Origin: an uncultured Nitrospiraceae bacterium | GTDB lineage: Bacteria > Nitrospirota > Thermodesulfovibrionia > Thermodesulfovibrionales > UBA6898 | NCBI GenBank assembly: GCA_963811165.1 | Contig: CAWEQH010000010.1 | Coordinates: 640,001 to 704,000 of the forward strand | DNA length: 64,000 nt | Direction: 5' to 3' | Shown here: positions 52,433-61,816 of the stretch, one piece after another | How the letters are laid out: every line of letters starts with the position of its first letter | Numbering within the stretch: the first letter of the stretch is position 1 | The notes under the pieces: model-generated | Seen by the model: the letters and a program-made list of their open reading frames with translations, nothing else | The model's database searches: none | What the model was told of the DNA's origin: nothing | Translations under genes and position numbers: made by a program

Positions 52433-53128
52433 TCACTTTTTACTTTTTATTAATTCCCATTTCCCCTGAGGCGTCCGCACCTTTAAAGCCTTTTTGACGA
52501 TATTCAGGAACTCCGAACGCGGCACCTCTCTGGCGCCCATACTTATGAGATGTCGTGTCGTAACCTGACAGTCGATTATCCGGAATTTCCATCGAATGAG
52601 CTGCTGCACAAGTGTTGCCAGGGCGACCTTTGACGCATCGCTTTTTCTTGTAAACATGGACTCGCCGTAAAAAACACCTCCGAGCGCGACACCGTAAAGC
52701 CCTCCAGCCAGCTCACCGCCCGCCCAGCTTTCGACCGAATGCGCAAACCCTGCGTCATGCAGTCTGCAATATGCACTGATCATGTCCTCCGTGATCCAGG
52801 TCCCGTCTTCATCTTTCCGCCGTGATTCCGCGCAGCCCCTTATCACCATTTCAAATGCGTTATCGAAGGTTATCCGGTATGTCCCCTTTTTGATCGTCTG
52901 CCTCAGGCTCCTCGATACCTTGAGGTCTCCGGGGACAAGTACAAGCCGGGGATCAGGGGACCACCAAAGGATGGGAGAATCATCTGAATACCAGGGGAAT
53001 ATGCCCATCGAGTATGCCAGCAAGAGACGTTCGGGACTGAGGTCACCGCCCACTGCAAGAAGCCCGTCCTCCTCCGCCTGTTCAGGGGAAGGAAAAACTA
53101 TTTCATCAGGCAATCGGAAAACAGGCAT
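52433..53128 (-). CDS. aat: Leucyl/phenylalanyl-tRNA--protein transferase
   Basis: GLLAVGGDLSPERLLLAYSMGIFPW, WWSPDPR, GESMF..DASKVAL. Confidence 0.96.
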   Translation of the reverse strand: MPVFRLPDEIVFPSPEQAEEDGLLAVGGDLSPERLLLAYSMGIFPWYSDDSPILWWSPDPRLVLVPGDLKVSRSLRQTIKKGTYRITFDNAFEMVIRGCAESRRKDEDGTWITEDMISAYCRLHDAGFAHSVESWAGGELAGGLYGVALGGVFYGESMFTRKSDASKVALATLVQQLIRWKFRIIDCQVTTRHLISMGAREVPRSEFLNIVKKALKVRTPQGKWELIKSKK

Positions 53129-55380
53129 CAGGCGGAAAAATCGAACACCAATTTTTCTTCCATGAGCCCGATATGGACGCTCCCGCCTTTCTTAAGCCTG
53201 CCAAACAATACCTCGTCCGAAAGCACGTCCTTTATCTCTGTCTGTATGAGACGGGCGAGAGGTCTGGCGCCGTACATTGTGTCGTGTCCCTTTGATGCAA
53301 GCCAGTCGGTGGCATCGTCCGAAAGGGTAATCTTTACGTTCTTCTGTGTGAGCTGGCCCCGAAGTTCATCGATGAACTTTATCACAACCTGCCTCATGAT
53401 CCCCTGCGTAAGCGGATTGAACGTAATGATGCCGTCGAGCCTGTTCCTGAATTCAGGGCTGAAGAGTTTTGTTATCGCCTCCTTGCTCTTTGACCTGGTG
53501 TCGCTGCTTCTGTCGCCGAACCCTATCACTTCCCGGACAATGTCCTTCGCGCCGGCGTTTGAGGTCATGATGAGTATTACGTTTCTGAAATCCGCCTTTT
53601 TCCCGTTATTGTCCGTGAGAGTGGCGTAGTCCATCACCTGAAGCAATATGCTGAAGATATCAGGATGGGCCTTCTCCACCTCGTCCAGCAAAAGGACGCT
53701 GTAAGGGCTCCTTCGTATCGCCTCCGTAAGAAGGCCGGCCTGGTCAAAACCCACGTATCCCGGCGGAGCCCCTATCAGGCGGGCCACTGTATGCTTCTCC
53801 ATATACTCAGACATATCGAATCTGATAAATTTAACGCCCAGGACGGATGCCATCTGTTTCGACACCTCTGTCTTTCCGACGCCCGTAGGACCAGAAAAGA
53901 GGAAGGAGCCGATCGGCCGTTCAGGCGCGCCCAGGCCGGCGCGGTTCCTCTTTATCGCGGCAGAAAGAGAATGGATCGCGCTGTCCTGCCCGAATACCGC
54001 CCTTTTGAGCTCATCTTCGAGGTTCCTGAGCTTCTCCATGTCCGAAGTCGAGACTGTCCGGGAAGGTATCCTCGCCATCTTCGCCACGATCTTTTCGATC
54101 TCCTTGGTGCCTACGACCTTTTTGTTCTTAAAGGCCGGCGAGAGTTTAAGCACCGCCCCCGCCTCATCGATCACATCTATTGCCTTATCCGGCAGGAATT
54201 TGTCGTTTATGTATTTTGCAGAAAGCTCCCCGGCCGCCCTCAGTGCGCCTTCAGTGAATTTGACCTCGTGGAAGGCCTCGTAATGCGACTTGAGTCCTCC
54301 CAGGATCTCAATCGTTTCCTTAATAGAAGGCTCCTTTATCTCGATCTTCTGAAAACGCCTCGAAAGCGCCCTGTCCTTCTCGAAATAATTCTTGTACTCC
54401 TCGTAGGTGCTGGCACCGATGCAGCGCAGCCTGCCTGAATTGAGGACCGGTTTAAGGATATTGGAGGCGTCCATGGACCCGCCGCTCGTAGCTCCCGCCC
54501 CGACGACCGTATGGATCTCGTCGATAAAAAGTATCGCCCCCGGGATCTTCTCAAGCCTGCCGATAGTAGATTTCAGCCTCGCCTCAAAATCACCCCGGTA
54601 TTTCGTACCGGCAAGGAGCGCGCCCATGTCGAGCGAAAAAATCTGCGCCTCCCTGAGCGACCCGGGCACCTTACCCTCATGGATCTCCTGGGCAAGCCCC
54701 TCGACTATCGCCGTCTTCCCCACCCCGGGCTCACCCACGAAGATGACATTGTTCTTCTTTCTCCTGCTCAGCACCTGGACCGTCCTTTCGAGCTCGGCCT
54801 TTCGGCCGACAAGGGGATCGATCTCGCCGCGGGCGGCCTTTGCGGTAAGGTCCACGGTAAAGCTCTCAAGCGGGTCCTTTTTCCCCTGCCGTTCGGACTC
54901 GGGGCGTACTGACTCCGCATCATCAGGGCCCTCCTCGGCGTCTTGCGACGCCTCATCCATCCCATGCGAGATATAATTCAGTACATCGATACGCTTGATG
55001 CCCTGCGAATGGAGCAGATAGACCGCATGCGAATCTTCCTCAAGCAGCAATGATGCAAGGATATCGCCTGCGTCCGTCTCTTCCTTTGAAGCGGACTCGC
55101 TATGAAGAAGTGCCCTCTGAAATACCTTTTGAAAACCGACTGTCGGCTGGGGAAAAAGTGTCGACCCCTCTGCTGTCTTCGGCACACTTTCGTCGAAATA
55201 TCCGTCGATGGAAGCCTTCAGCTCCGATACGTCCCCCCCGCACGCCGTGATAATATCGGCGCCGAGCTCATCATGAAGCACTGCGTAAAGGATGTGCTCC
55301 ACGGTCAGGTACTCATGACTGCGGGTCTTGGCGTCCCTGATCATCGCCTCTATCGTCAATTCAAATTCCTTGTTAATCAT
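53128..55380 (-). CDS. clpA: ATP-dependent Clp protease ATP-binding subunit ClpA
   Basis: Two AAA+ modules (GEPGVGKT, GPTGVGKT), no middle domain, IGF loop; flanked by clpS and aat. Confidence 0.95.
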   Translation of the reverse strand: MINKEFELTIEAMIRDAKTRSHEYLTVEHILYAVLHDELGADIITACGGDVSELKASIDGYFDESVPKTAEGSTLFPQPTVGFQKVFQRALLHSESASKEETDAGDILASLLLEEDSHAVYLLHSQGIKRIDVLNYISHGMDEASQDAEEGPDDAESVRPESERQGKKDPLESFTVDLTAKAARGEIDPLVGRKAELERTVQVLSRRKKNNVIFVGEPGVGKTAIVEGLAQEIHEGKVPGSLREAQIFSLDMGALLAGTKYRGDFEARLKSTIGRLEKIPGAILFIDEIHTVVGAGATSGGSMDASNILKPVLNSGRLRCIGASTYEEYKNYFEKDRALSRRFQKIEIKEPSIKETIEILGGLKSHYEAFHEVKFTEGALRAAGELSAKYINDKFLPDKAIDVIDEAGAVLKLSPAFKNKKVVGTKEIEKIVAKMARIPSRTVSTSDMEKLRNLEDELKRAVFGQDSAIHSLSAAIKRNRAGLGAPERPIGSFLFSGPTGVGKTEVSKQMASVLGVKFIRFDMSEYMEKHTVARLIGAPPGYVGFDQAGLLTEAIRRSPYSVLLLDEVEKAHPDIFSILLQVMDYATLTDNNGKKADFRNVILIMTSNAGAKDIVREVIGFGDRSSDTRSKSKEAITKLFSPEFRNRLDGIITFNPLTQGIMRQVVIKFIDELRGQLTQKNVKITLSDDATDWLASKGHDTMYGARPLARLIQTEIKDVLSDEVLFGRLKKGGSVHIGLMEEKLVFDFSA

Positions 55381-55691
55381 TCTCTCTCCATTTCACATCT
55401 GAGCGGGTATTCGTTCTCCCTTGCGAGGTCGTGCACCTCGGAGATCTTCGTTTCGGCGATGTCCCTTGCGTACACGCCCGCCAACCCTCTTCCTTTTTTG
55501 TGCACATGAAGCATTATCCTCGTGGCCTCAACAGGGTCCTTGCGAAAAACGTTTTCGAGCACATGGACGACAAAGTCCATTGTCGTATAGTCGTCGTTCA
55601 GGAGGAAGACCTTGTAAAGATGGGGCCTCTCAGACTTCAGCCTCTCCTTTACGTCGACTTGCTCCCCGGGTTTAACCCCGCCGTTTCCCAT
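55377..55691 (-). CDS. clpS: Clp protease adaptor ClpS
   Basis: YKVFLLNDDYTTMDFVV, IMLHVH..G, AETK, YPLRC. Confidence 0.97.
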   Translation of the reverse strand: MGNGGVKPGEQVDVKERLKSERPHLYKVFLLNDDYTTMDFVVHVLENVFRKDPVEATRIMLHVHKKGRGLAGVYARDIAETKISEVHDLARENEYPLRCEMERE

Positions 55692-55794
55692 TCCGGTTCA
55701 ATTCCCTTCAGATGTTCCGTTTATTCCTTTTTTATATTTTACCATATAACGTCTTTGACTAAGATTGTATGGTTAGCAGGATATTAATAGAGTC

Positions 55795-55989
55795 GGGGCG
55801 TCGCCCCGTACCCCAGCTGCCTTTCTTGCCGACCAAGAAATGTAGCCGAAAGAAGTCCGACGAAAATTTTATACGGCTGCGCCGGTTGTCCTCGGTACAT
55901 TTTCGAACTCGCCCCTAACATCGGTGCTCAGACATGGGAAAATGCTTAACCCTGCGGGCGTCTGTGCTCACCTAAATTTTCGAAGGGGG
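55795..55989 (+). repeat. Structured repeat, copy 1 of an inverted pair
   Basis: Shares ordered motifs with the reverse complement of 56041-56241 (GGGGC..CGCCCC, TACCC, AAAATT..ACGG, AACTCGC..GCTCAGACA, CCTAAATTTT..AAGGGG). Confidence 0.65.
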
Positions 55990-56040
55990 TTTAAAGACTA
56001 AAAGCATTTCAAAAGGTAATTGTATTATGTACTAATGGGG

Positions 56041-56241
56041 CCCCTTTTAAAATTTAGGTTTCCGACCGAGGTCAAGCGTAAAAAATTGTAGACTGTCTGA
56101 GCTCCGGATTCCGGAGCGAGTTTCTACAATTTAGTGAGACCGACCAGAGGAAACCGTTAAGAATTTTATCTGGGGTGCGTACTTTTGGGCACTTTTCATT
56201 CGCATCAATGAAAAGCGCCCGGGTATAAGGGGCGGAGCCCC
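56041..56241 (-). repeat. Structured repeat, copy 2 of an inverted pair
   Basis: Same ordered motif series as 55795-55989 on the opposite strand, with different sequence in the stems. Confidence 0.65.
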
Positions 56242-56355
56242 TTTTTCGCCTGCGGAGAAGCTCCGCCCATTCCCTATTGATCGGATGTGCGTTATCATAG
56301 AGCATCAATAATCGAAATCATTCGCCTGATTTAATTAATCATAGAAGGAGATAAC

Positions 56356-57723
56356 TTGACGGACAAAGCGCCTCTTTATAACCTTACGATAGGAAACCTA
56401 TGGGAGAACATCTGGCGCACCTCATGGCCCATGTTCCTCACTATGGTTTTCACCTTTTTGGTCGGATTTACCGATGTCTATGTCGCGGGGTTCATAGGAC
56501 CCGAGGTGCAGGCCGCCGTGGGTTTCGTGAGCCAGTTTTACTTTCTTATTACGATAGTCGCAAACGCGATAAGCATCGGCACGCTGACGCTTGTTTCGAG
56601 GGCAATGGGCGCAGGCGACGATAAAAAGGCGATTGAAATCGCGAGACAGTCCCTGCTTTTCAGCATCGCCGTGGCCGCCGGCATCACCTCCGGCTGCTTC
56701 TTGTTCTACAGGGAGATAATCGCCTTTGCCGGCTTTCCGGAGGGCACAAGGGAAATGGCAGAACGGTTCCTCAGGATATTTGCCCTCTCGCTGGGACCAA
56801 ACTATATCCTGATAATTTCGAATGCGGTCTTCAGGGCGTCAGGCGAGGTGAAGAAACCGCTGTTTACGATGTTCCTTGTAAGCCTCATCAATATCGCAGG
56901 CGATTTCGCGCTCGTCTTCGGCATATTTCCATTTCCTCACATGGGGTACATCGGCATAGCGATCTCGACTGCGGCATCCGTCACCGCCGGAATGGCCGTC
57001 AGTCTTGGACTGTTTACTGTAGGATGGTGGCGTTCTTTTTATTCCCGCCCCTGGACCCTCTCCTACAATGTGGTCTTTAAGATCGCAAGGATCGGCTGGC
57101 CCGCGGCAATGCTTCAGATCGCATGGAATGCAGGCACGATCGTCTTGTATAATATCCTCGGTCGTCTCGGACCGGCGAGCATCCCGGCCCTGGCCTCGAT
57201 CACCAACGGGATGAGGATTGAGGCGATCATTTACCTGCCGGCCTTCGCACTTAATATGGCCGCCTCCGTACTGGTCGGGCAGAACCTTGGCGCAGGCAGG
57301 GCAGACCGTGCTGCGCAGGCGGGATGGAAGATAGCAAAGGCCTGCGTCCTTATTATAAGCCTTATGGCGGTACCTATCTTCATATGGGCCGAACAGTTCG
57401 CCTCCCTGCTTACAAAGAACCAGGCCGTCCTTGCGGAAACGGCCCGTTATCTTCGGTTCAACATGCTCTCTGAACCCTTCATGGCATTGAGTGCAATCCT
57501 GGGAGGAGGCCTTCAGGGGGCCGGAGATACGCGTGGGACGATGTGGGTGATCATTATTTCGATGTGGTTCATCAGACTGCCCCTAGCATATTCGCTGGCG
57601 CTTGTTATGGGCCATGGGGCCACAGGGGTCTGGACCGCCATGATTACGTCCATGGCCTTTCAGGGCATACTCATGTCGCTTCGGTTTCAGCAGGGACACT
57701 GGAAAAAACTCGGGTTCGATTAA
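56356..57723 (+). CDS. MATE family efflux transporter
   Basis: 12 TM; FRASGEVKKP, LVGQNLGAG, LQGAGDTR; AGGAG RBS with TTG start. Confidence 0.92.
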   Translation: MTDKAPLYNLTIGNLWENIWRTSWPMFLTMVFTFLVGFTDVYVAGFIGPEVQAAVGFVSQFYFLITIVANAISIGTLTLVSRAMGAGDDKKAIEIARQSLLFSIAVAAGITSGCFLFYREIIAFAGFPEGTREMAERFLRIFALSLGPNYILIISNAVFRASGEVKKPLFTMFLVSLINIAGDFALVFGIFPFPHMGYIGIAISTAASVTAGMAVSLGLFTVGWWRSFYSRPWTLSYNVVFKIARIGWPAAMLQIAWNAGTIVLYNILGRLGPASIPALASITNGMRIEAIIYLPAFALNMAASVLVGQNLGAGRADRAAQAGWKIAKACVLIISLMAVPIFIWAEQFASLLTKNQAVLAETARYLRFNMLSEPFMALSAILGGGLQGAGDTRGTMWVIIISMWFIRLPLAYSLALVMGHGATGVWTAMITSMAFQGILMSLRFQQGHWKKLGFD

Positions 57724-57736
57724 ACTATAAAGTAAG

Positions 57737-58951
57737 ATGCTGAGACTATTCAATACATACGGAAAAAAGATCGTTCCCTTCCGGCCGGTCAACAATAAAG
57801 TCACCACCGTATTCACCTGCGGCCCCTCGGTCTACCAGCGGTCGCATATCGGCAATTTCAGGACCTTTCTGTTTGAGGACGTACTTGTTCGCTACCTCGA
57901 ATATTCAGGGCACAAAGTGGTCAGGGGGATGACCGTCACAGACATAGAAGACAAGGCGATAGAAGAGGCGGCAAAAAACGGGACGACCGTCAGGCGCCTC
58001 ACCGATGAAAATCTAAAGGTATTCATCGGGGAGATGAAACTCCTTAAGATGAAAAGGCCCGATTTCCTTCCAAGGGCATCGGAGAATATAAAAGAGGCCG
58101 TCGAGATAATCAGGCGGCTTCTTTCACGCAGTATTGCCTACAGGCATGGGGGGAACGTCTATTTCGACCCGACAAAGTTTCGGGGGTTCGGAAGTCTTTA
58201 TGGACTCGACATGACGAAATGGCCCTCTAAGAGAATGAGGTTCCACAAAGATACCTATCCGGGCATGAGGTGGAACCTCGGGGACTTCATCCTCTGGCAC
58301 GGATACAGGCCGGGCGACGGGGACCACTGGGAGACGGCAATAGGCAGGGGAAGACCTTCATGGAACGTGCAGGACCCGAGCATGATAAGTAGATATTTCA
58401 ACGAAACCCTTTCCATCTACTGCGGCGGCATCGACAATCTTGTCCGGCACCATGACTATTCGAAGGCGGTCCTGGAATCGGTGCGGAGATATCCCATGGC
58501 GCGGTTTTGGCTCCACTGTCGTCACCTGCTGGTTGAGGGGCGGAAGATGTCTAAAAGCAGAGGGAACATCGTCTACCCCGAAACCCTGCTTAAACAAGGG
58601 TACAGTCCCGAGGAGATCAGGTTTTTCCTTGTCTGCGGCCATTATCGCAAAGACCTCAACTATTGCGAGCAAAGTATTAAGTCGGCCGTTTCGGCACTAA
58701 GGGAGATAAAGAAAAAGGTTGCAGAAATTCGGAAGAAGGCAGGCGTGTCCCGTCCCGATCAGACGATTACCGGAAAGGTCGAAGAGATTTTCAGCAAAGG
58801 GATGGACAACGACCTCGATGCAGCAGCCGCCTTCGACGGACTTCGCGAGATGCTGTCCCGAGACTATATAGAGCGCTTAAGCCCCAAAGAGGCTTCGGGC
58901 GTCGTCGCCGGCATGAAGGAGATCGACAAGGTCTTCAGGGTCATCTTTTAG
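57737..58951 (+). CDS. Cysteinyl-tRNA synthetase-like paralog (atypical, C-terminally short)
   Basis: LFNT, CGPSVY..HIGNFR, TDIEDK, DFILW and KMSKSRGN present; canonical GRPGWHIEC and FPHHENE motifs altered; 404 aa. Confidence 0.85.
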   Translation: MLRLFNTYGKKIVPFRPVNNKVTTVFTCGPSVYQRSHIGNFRTFLFEDVLVRYLEYSGHKVVRGMTVTDIEDKAIEEAAKNGTTVRRLTDENLKVFIGEMKLLKMKRPDFLPRASENIKEAVEIIRRLLSRSIAYRHGGNVYFDPTKFRGFGSLYGLDMTKWPSKRMRFHKDTYPGMRWNLGDFILWHGYRPGDGDHWETAIGRGRPSWNVQDPSMISRYFNETLSIYCGGIDNLVRHHDYSKAVLESVRRYPMARFWLHCRHLLVEGRKMSKSRGNIVYPETLLKQGYSPEEIRFFLVCGHYRKDLNYCEQSIKSAVSALREIKKKVAEIRKKAGVSRPDQTITGKVEEIFSKGMDNDLDAAAAFDGLREMLSRDYIERLSPKEASGVVAGMKEIDKVFRVIF

Positions 58952-58952
58952 A

Positions 58953-60509
58953 ATGCTTCTCATTTATCCGCCCGTTTCGAAACCGTCCGAACCCCCGGCT
59001 GGCCTGGCAAAACTCTCGGCCGCGCTGAAGGCCCACGGCATTGGGCACAGGGCCGTCGACGCCAATATCGAAGGGCTTCTATGGCTTTTGGGAGAGTCGT
59101 CCTTGCGGCCTAAGGAGGGACTCGATACCTGGACCAGACGGTCAGTTCGCAATCTCCCTAAAAACCTGTCTCTGTTGAAAGACCTCGCCACGTATCGCAC
59201 GTTTGACCGTTATAAACGGGCCGTTAAAGACCTTAACCGCGTCATCGAATTCTCATCGGAAGGGGCGGGCGCAAAGGCAGGCCTTTCGGACTTTCAGCAC
59301 GCAGGGCTTTCGCCTGTAAGAAGCGCTGATCTTATATACGCCGCTTCGCATCCGGAGCAAAACCCGTTTTTTAGATATTTCAGGGACCGTCTCGCAGAGC
59401 TCTTTACGGAGTCTCAGCCCTCTTTTGTCGGGTTCTCGCTTAATTACTTCAGCCAGGCCCTGACAACATTTTCAATGATAGGACTCGTTAAAAAAATGCT
59501 GCCGGGGGCCGCCGTGATACTAGGGGGCGGTCTTGTAACTTCGTGGATGCAGGGGCCTTCCTGGAAGGACCCTTTCCACGGTCTCATAGACCATCTCGTG
59601 GCAGGACCCGGAGAAGAGGCCCTTATTACGATTGCAGGCCAAGGATCAAAGAGCACGCTGCACGTCACTCCGGACTATACGCCCTTTTGCGGCCATGGGT
59701 ATATTTCACCGGGGTTTATTCTCCCCTACAGCGCCTCAAGCGGATGCTACTGGAGGAAGTGCTCCTTCTGTCCTGAGACCGCAGAAGACAATCCTTACTC
59801 GCCCGTACCTGGAGACATGGTAATCTCCGATCTGGAGAGTCTCATACATAAGACAAAGCCTGTCTTGGTCCACCTCCTTGATAACGCGGTAGGCGCATCT
59901 CTTATGAAGTCGCTGCAGAAAAACCCGCCCGGCGTGCCCTGGTATGGATTTGCACGGATCGACCGGCAGCTCACTGACCTTGATTTCTGTATCTCTCTCA
60001 GGCGTTCCGGCTGTGTCATGCTGAAACTCGGCCTGGAATCAGGGGACCAGGCCGTGCTCGACAGGATGCATAAGGGGATCGACCTGGGGACAGCGTCCCT
60101 TGCACTTAAAACACTTAAGAAGGCAGGTATCGGGACTTACGTCTACCTCCTTTTCGGCACCCCGGAAGAGACTGAGGCCGGGGCCGGAAAAACACTCGAT
60201 TTCGTCATAAGACACAAGGGAGAGATAAGTTTCCTGAACCTCGCGATATTCAATATGCCGCTGAGCACTGCTATCTCCGGGGACTTCGAAAGAAGTAGTT
60301 TTTACGAAGGCGACCTATCACTCTATACGGACTTTTCGCACCCGGCAGGCTGGGACCGCAGGTCGGTAAGAAAATTTCTTGAGGACGAATTCAAAAAACA
60401 TACGGCCGTGGCATCCATAATTAAGAAAGACCCGCCGTTTTTTACCTCAAACCATGCGCCATTTTTTCTGCCGTCTGTCGGCTGGGTTATCACAGCTCCG
60501 ACTCCGTAA
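58953..60509 (+). CDS. Cobalamin-binding-domain radical SAM protein
   Basis: VGFS..SQ..ILGG B12-like domain, GPGE, GCYWRKCSFC, LGLESG, LFGTPEET. Confidence 0.85.
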   Translation: MLLIYPPVSKPSEPPAGLAKLSAALKAHGIGHRAVDANIEGLLWLLGESSLRPKEGLDTWTRRSVRNLPKNLSLLKDLATYRTFDRYKRAVKDLNRVIEFSSEGAGAKAGLSDFQHAGLSPVRSADLIYAASHPEQNPFFRYFRDRLAELFTESQPSFVGFSLNYFSQALTTFSMIGLVKKMLPGAAVILGGGLVTSWMQGPSWKDPFHGLIDHLVAGPGEEALITIAGQGSKSTLHVTPDYTPFCGHGYISPGFILPYSASSGCYWRKCSFCPETAEDNPYSPVPGDMVISDLESLIHKTKPVLVHLLDNAVGASLMKSLQKNPPGVPWYGFARIDRQLTDLDFCISLRRSGCVMLKLGLESGDQAVLDRMHKGIDLGTASLALKTLKKAGIGTYVYLLFGTPEETEAGAGKTLDFVIRHKGEISFLNLAIFNMPLSTAISGDFERSSFYEGDLSLYTDFSHPAGWDRRSVRKFLEDEFKKHTAVASIIKKDPPFFTSNHAPFFLPSVGWVITAPTP

Positions 60510-60571
60510 TCCTTCAATCGCGGGGTTACATCTTCACTGTCCCTAACTCCGATATTTGCCGATAGTTGCCA

Positions 60572-60600
60572 TTGACATTGATTCTCTTTTGGCATATATT
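60572..60600 (+). promoter_or_regulatory. Putative sigma70 promoter
   Basis: TTGACA-17nt-TATATT. Confidence 0.6.
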
Positions 60601-60625
60601 TGGTTATTTATAGGTTATAGGTGAG

Positions 60626-60910
60626 ATGATGCAAACGGCATTTACCGCACAAAGAAGACACCAACGACAGCTTCATAAGGAGACCCTGGAGATAATCGTG
60701 CCCTCTCATCCCCAAAATAGGCCCCTCATCGCAATAAGCTCCAACATCAGCGACGGCGGCGTCTGCTTATATACCTTTAAACCCCTTGCAGAAGGAGAAG
60801 AGATAATATTCAAAAGCGCCCTTCCCTTTCCCCACCAAAAGGCGGCGGTCAGATGGGTGAGGCAGTGTAACCCAACTATCTACAAGGCAGGAGTGCAATT
60901 CTCTGCGTGA
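60626..60910 (+). CDS. PilZ domain protein
   Basis: RRHQR and NISDGG motifs, VRW, ends AGVQF. Confidence 0.82.
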   Translation: MMQTAFTAQRRHQRQLHKETLEIIVPSHPQNRPLIAISSNISDGGVCLYTFKPLAEGEEIIFKSALPFPHQKAAVRWVRQCNPTIYKAGVQFSA

Positions 60911-60939
60911 TATGTCCGCAGTGGTAATACACGATCTTT

Positions 60940-61680
60940 TTATCTCTTAAAAAAGCCGTTATTGCGGCTGTCGAAAATCTCCCTTGCCATAAGGTCCTCT
61001 ATAAAAAACTTTATGGTGCCGGCATCTTCTTCGGTAAGTCCCTGGAACTTAATCGCCATCCCCGGCGGCAGGGTCAAAAGATCGCCGAAGAGCTTTTTTG
61101 TATAAATAACGTTCCCTTTCGCCCGGATCTCGCCCCTTTCTCCGAGGTCGCACTTCACCGCCACTTCAGAGCCCACAGGCAACGGGTCCTCTTTGATTAC
61201 ATACATTCCGCCTTCTGAAAGGGTCTCCGTATAAAGCGCATATTCGGTCCCCTGATGAGTGAGCACCACCTTTCCACTAAATGGGGCCCTGAGGTATTTC
61301 CTGCTGGTGCCCTTGCACGCAAAAAAACACCTCTGGAGGGATTTATGCAGTTGGTCGATCTTCAAGGGTTTCGTAAGGTAGTCGTAGCAGCCCAGTTCCC
61401 TGCACTTGTCCATCGTCTCGACATCGGCATCGTAGGAAACCATAATAACCGGCATCTGCGCCGTCTGTCTGTCTTCTCTGATTGCCCGCAAGGCGGTAAG
61501 ACCGTCCATCACCTTCATATGGAGATCGAGAATGGCGAGATCGGTCCTGGAGAGCTTCAAAAGACGCAACACCTCAAGGCCGTTTTCAGCCGGCATGACC
61601 TTGAAGTCGAATCTCTTCAGAAGCAACCCCAGATACATCAGGAAGGTCTTATTATCATCCGCTATAATGATTTTTTTCAT
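60940..61680 (-). CDS. Response regulator with C-terminal PilZ domain
   Basis: REC motifs IADD, LDLHM, YLTKP; PilZ motifs RKYLR, TLSEGG, GMAIKF. Confidence 0.88.
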   Translation of the reverse strand: MKKIIIADDNKTFLMYLGLLLKRFDFKVMPAENGLEVLRLLKLSRTDLAILDLHMKVMDGLTALRAIREDRQTAQMPVIMVSYDADVETMDKCRELGCYDYLTKPLKIDQLHKSLQRCFFACKGTSRKYLRAPFSGKVVLTHQGTEYALYTETLSEGGMYVIKEDPLPVGSEVAVKCDLGERGEIRAKGNVIYTKKLFGDLLTLPPGMAIKFQGLTEEDAGTIKFFIEDLMAREIFDSRNNGFFKR

Positions 61681-61721
61681 CGCAGCTTTCCCCTTTGATC
61701 CCCCTTAAAATAAACTGTCTG

Positions 61722-61750
61722 ATTTTATTATCTGCCCCGACTAATGTCAA
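61722..61750 (-). promoter_or_regulatory. Putative sigma70 promoter
   Basis: TTGACA-17nt-TAAAAT on minus strand. Confidence 0.6.
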
Positions 61751-61816
61751 CAAAATTTCGCAAAAAAATTTCACCGCCTTCGGTAAGGCTCAGTTATGGA
61801 TCAGAAGGCACTGACT

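Noticed and set aside
52433..55691. clpS-clpA-aat cluster as a novelty
   Set aside because: Well-known N-degron pathway arrangement
56072..56308. 78-aa minus-strand ORF upstream of MATE
   Set aside because: Lies within the structured repeat; no protein-like features
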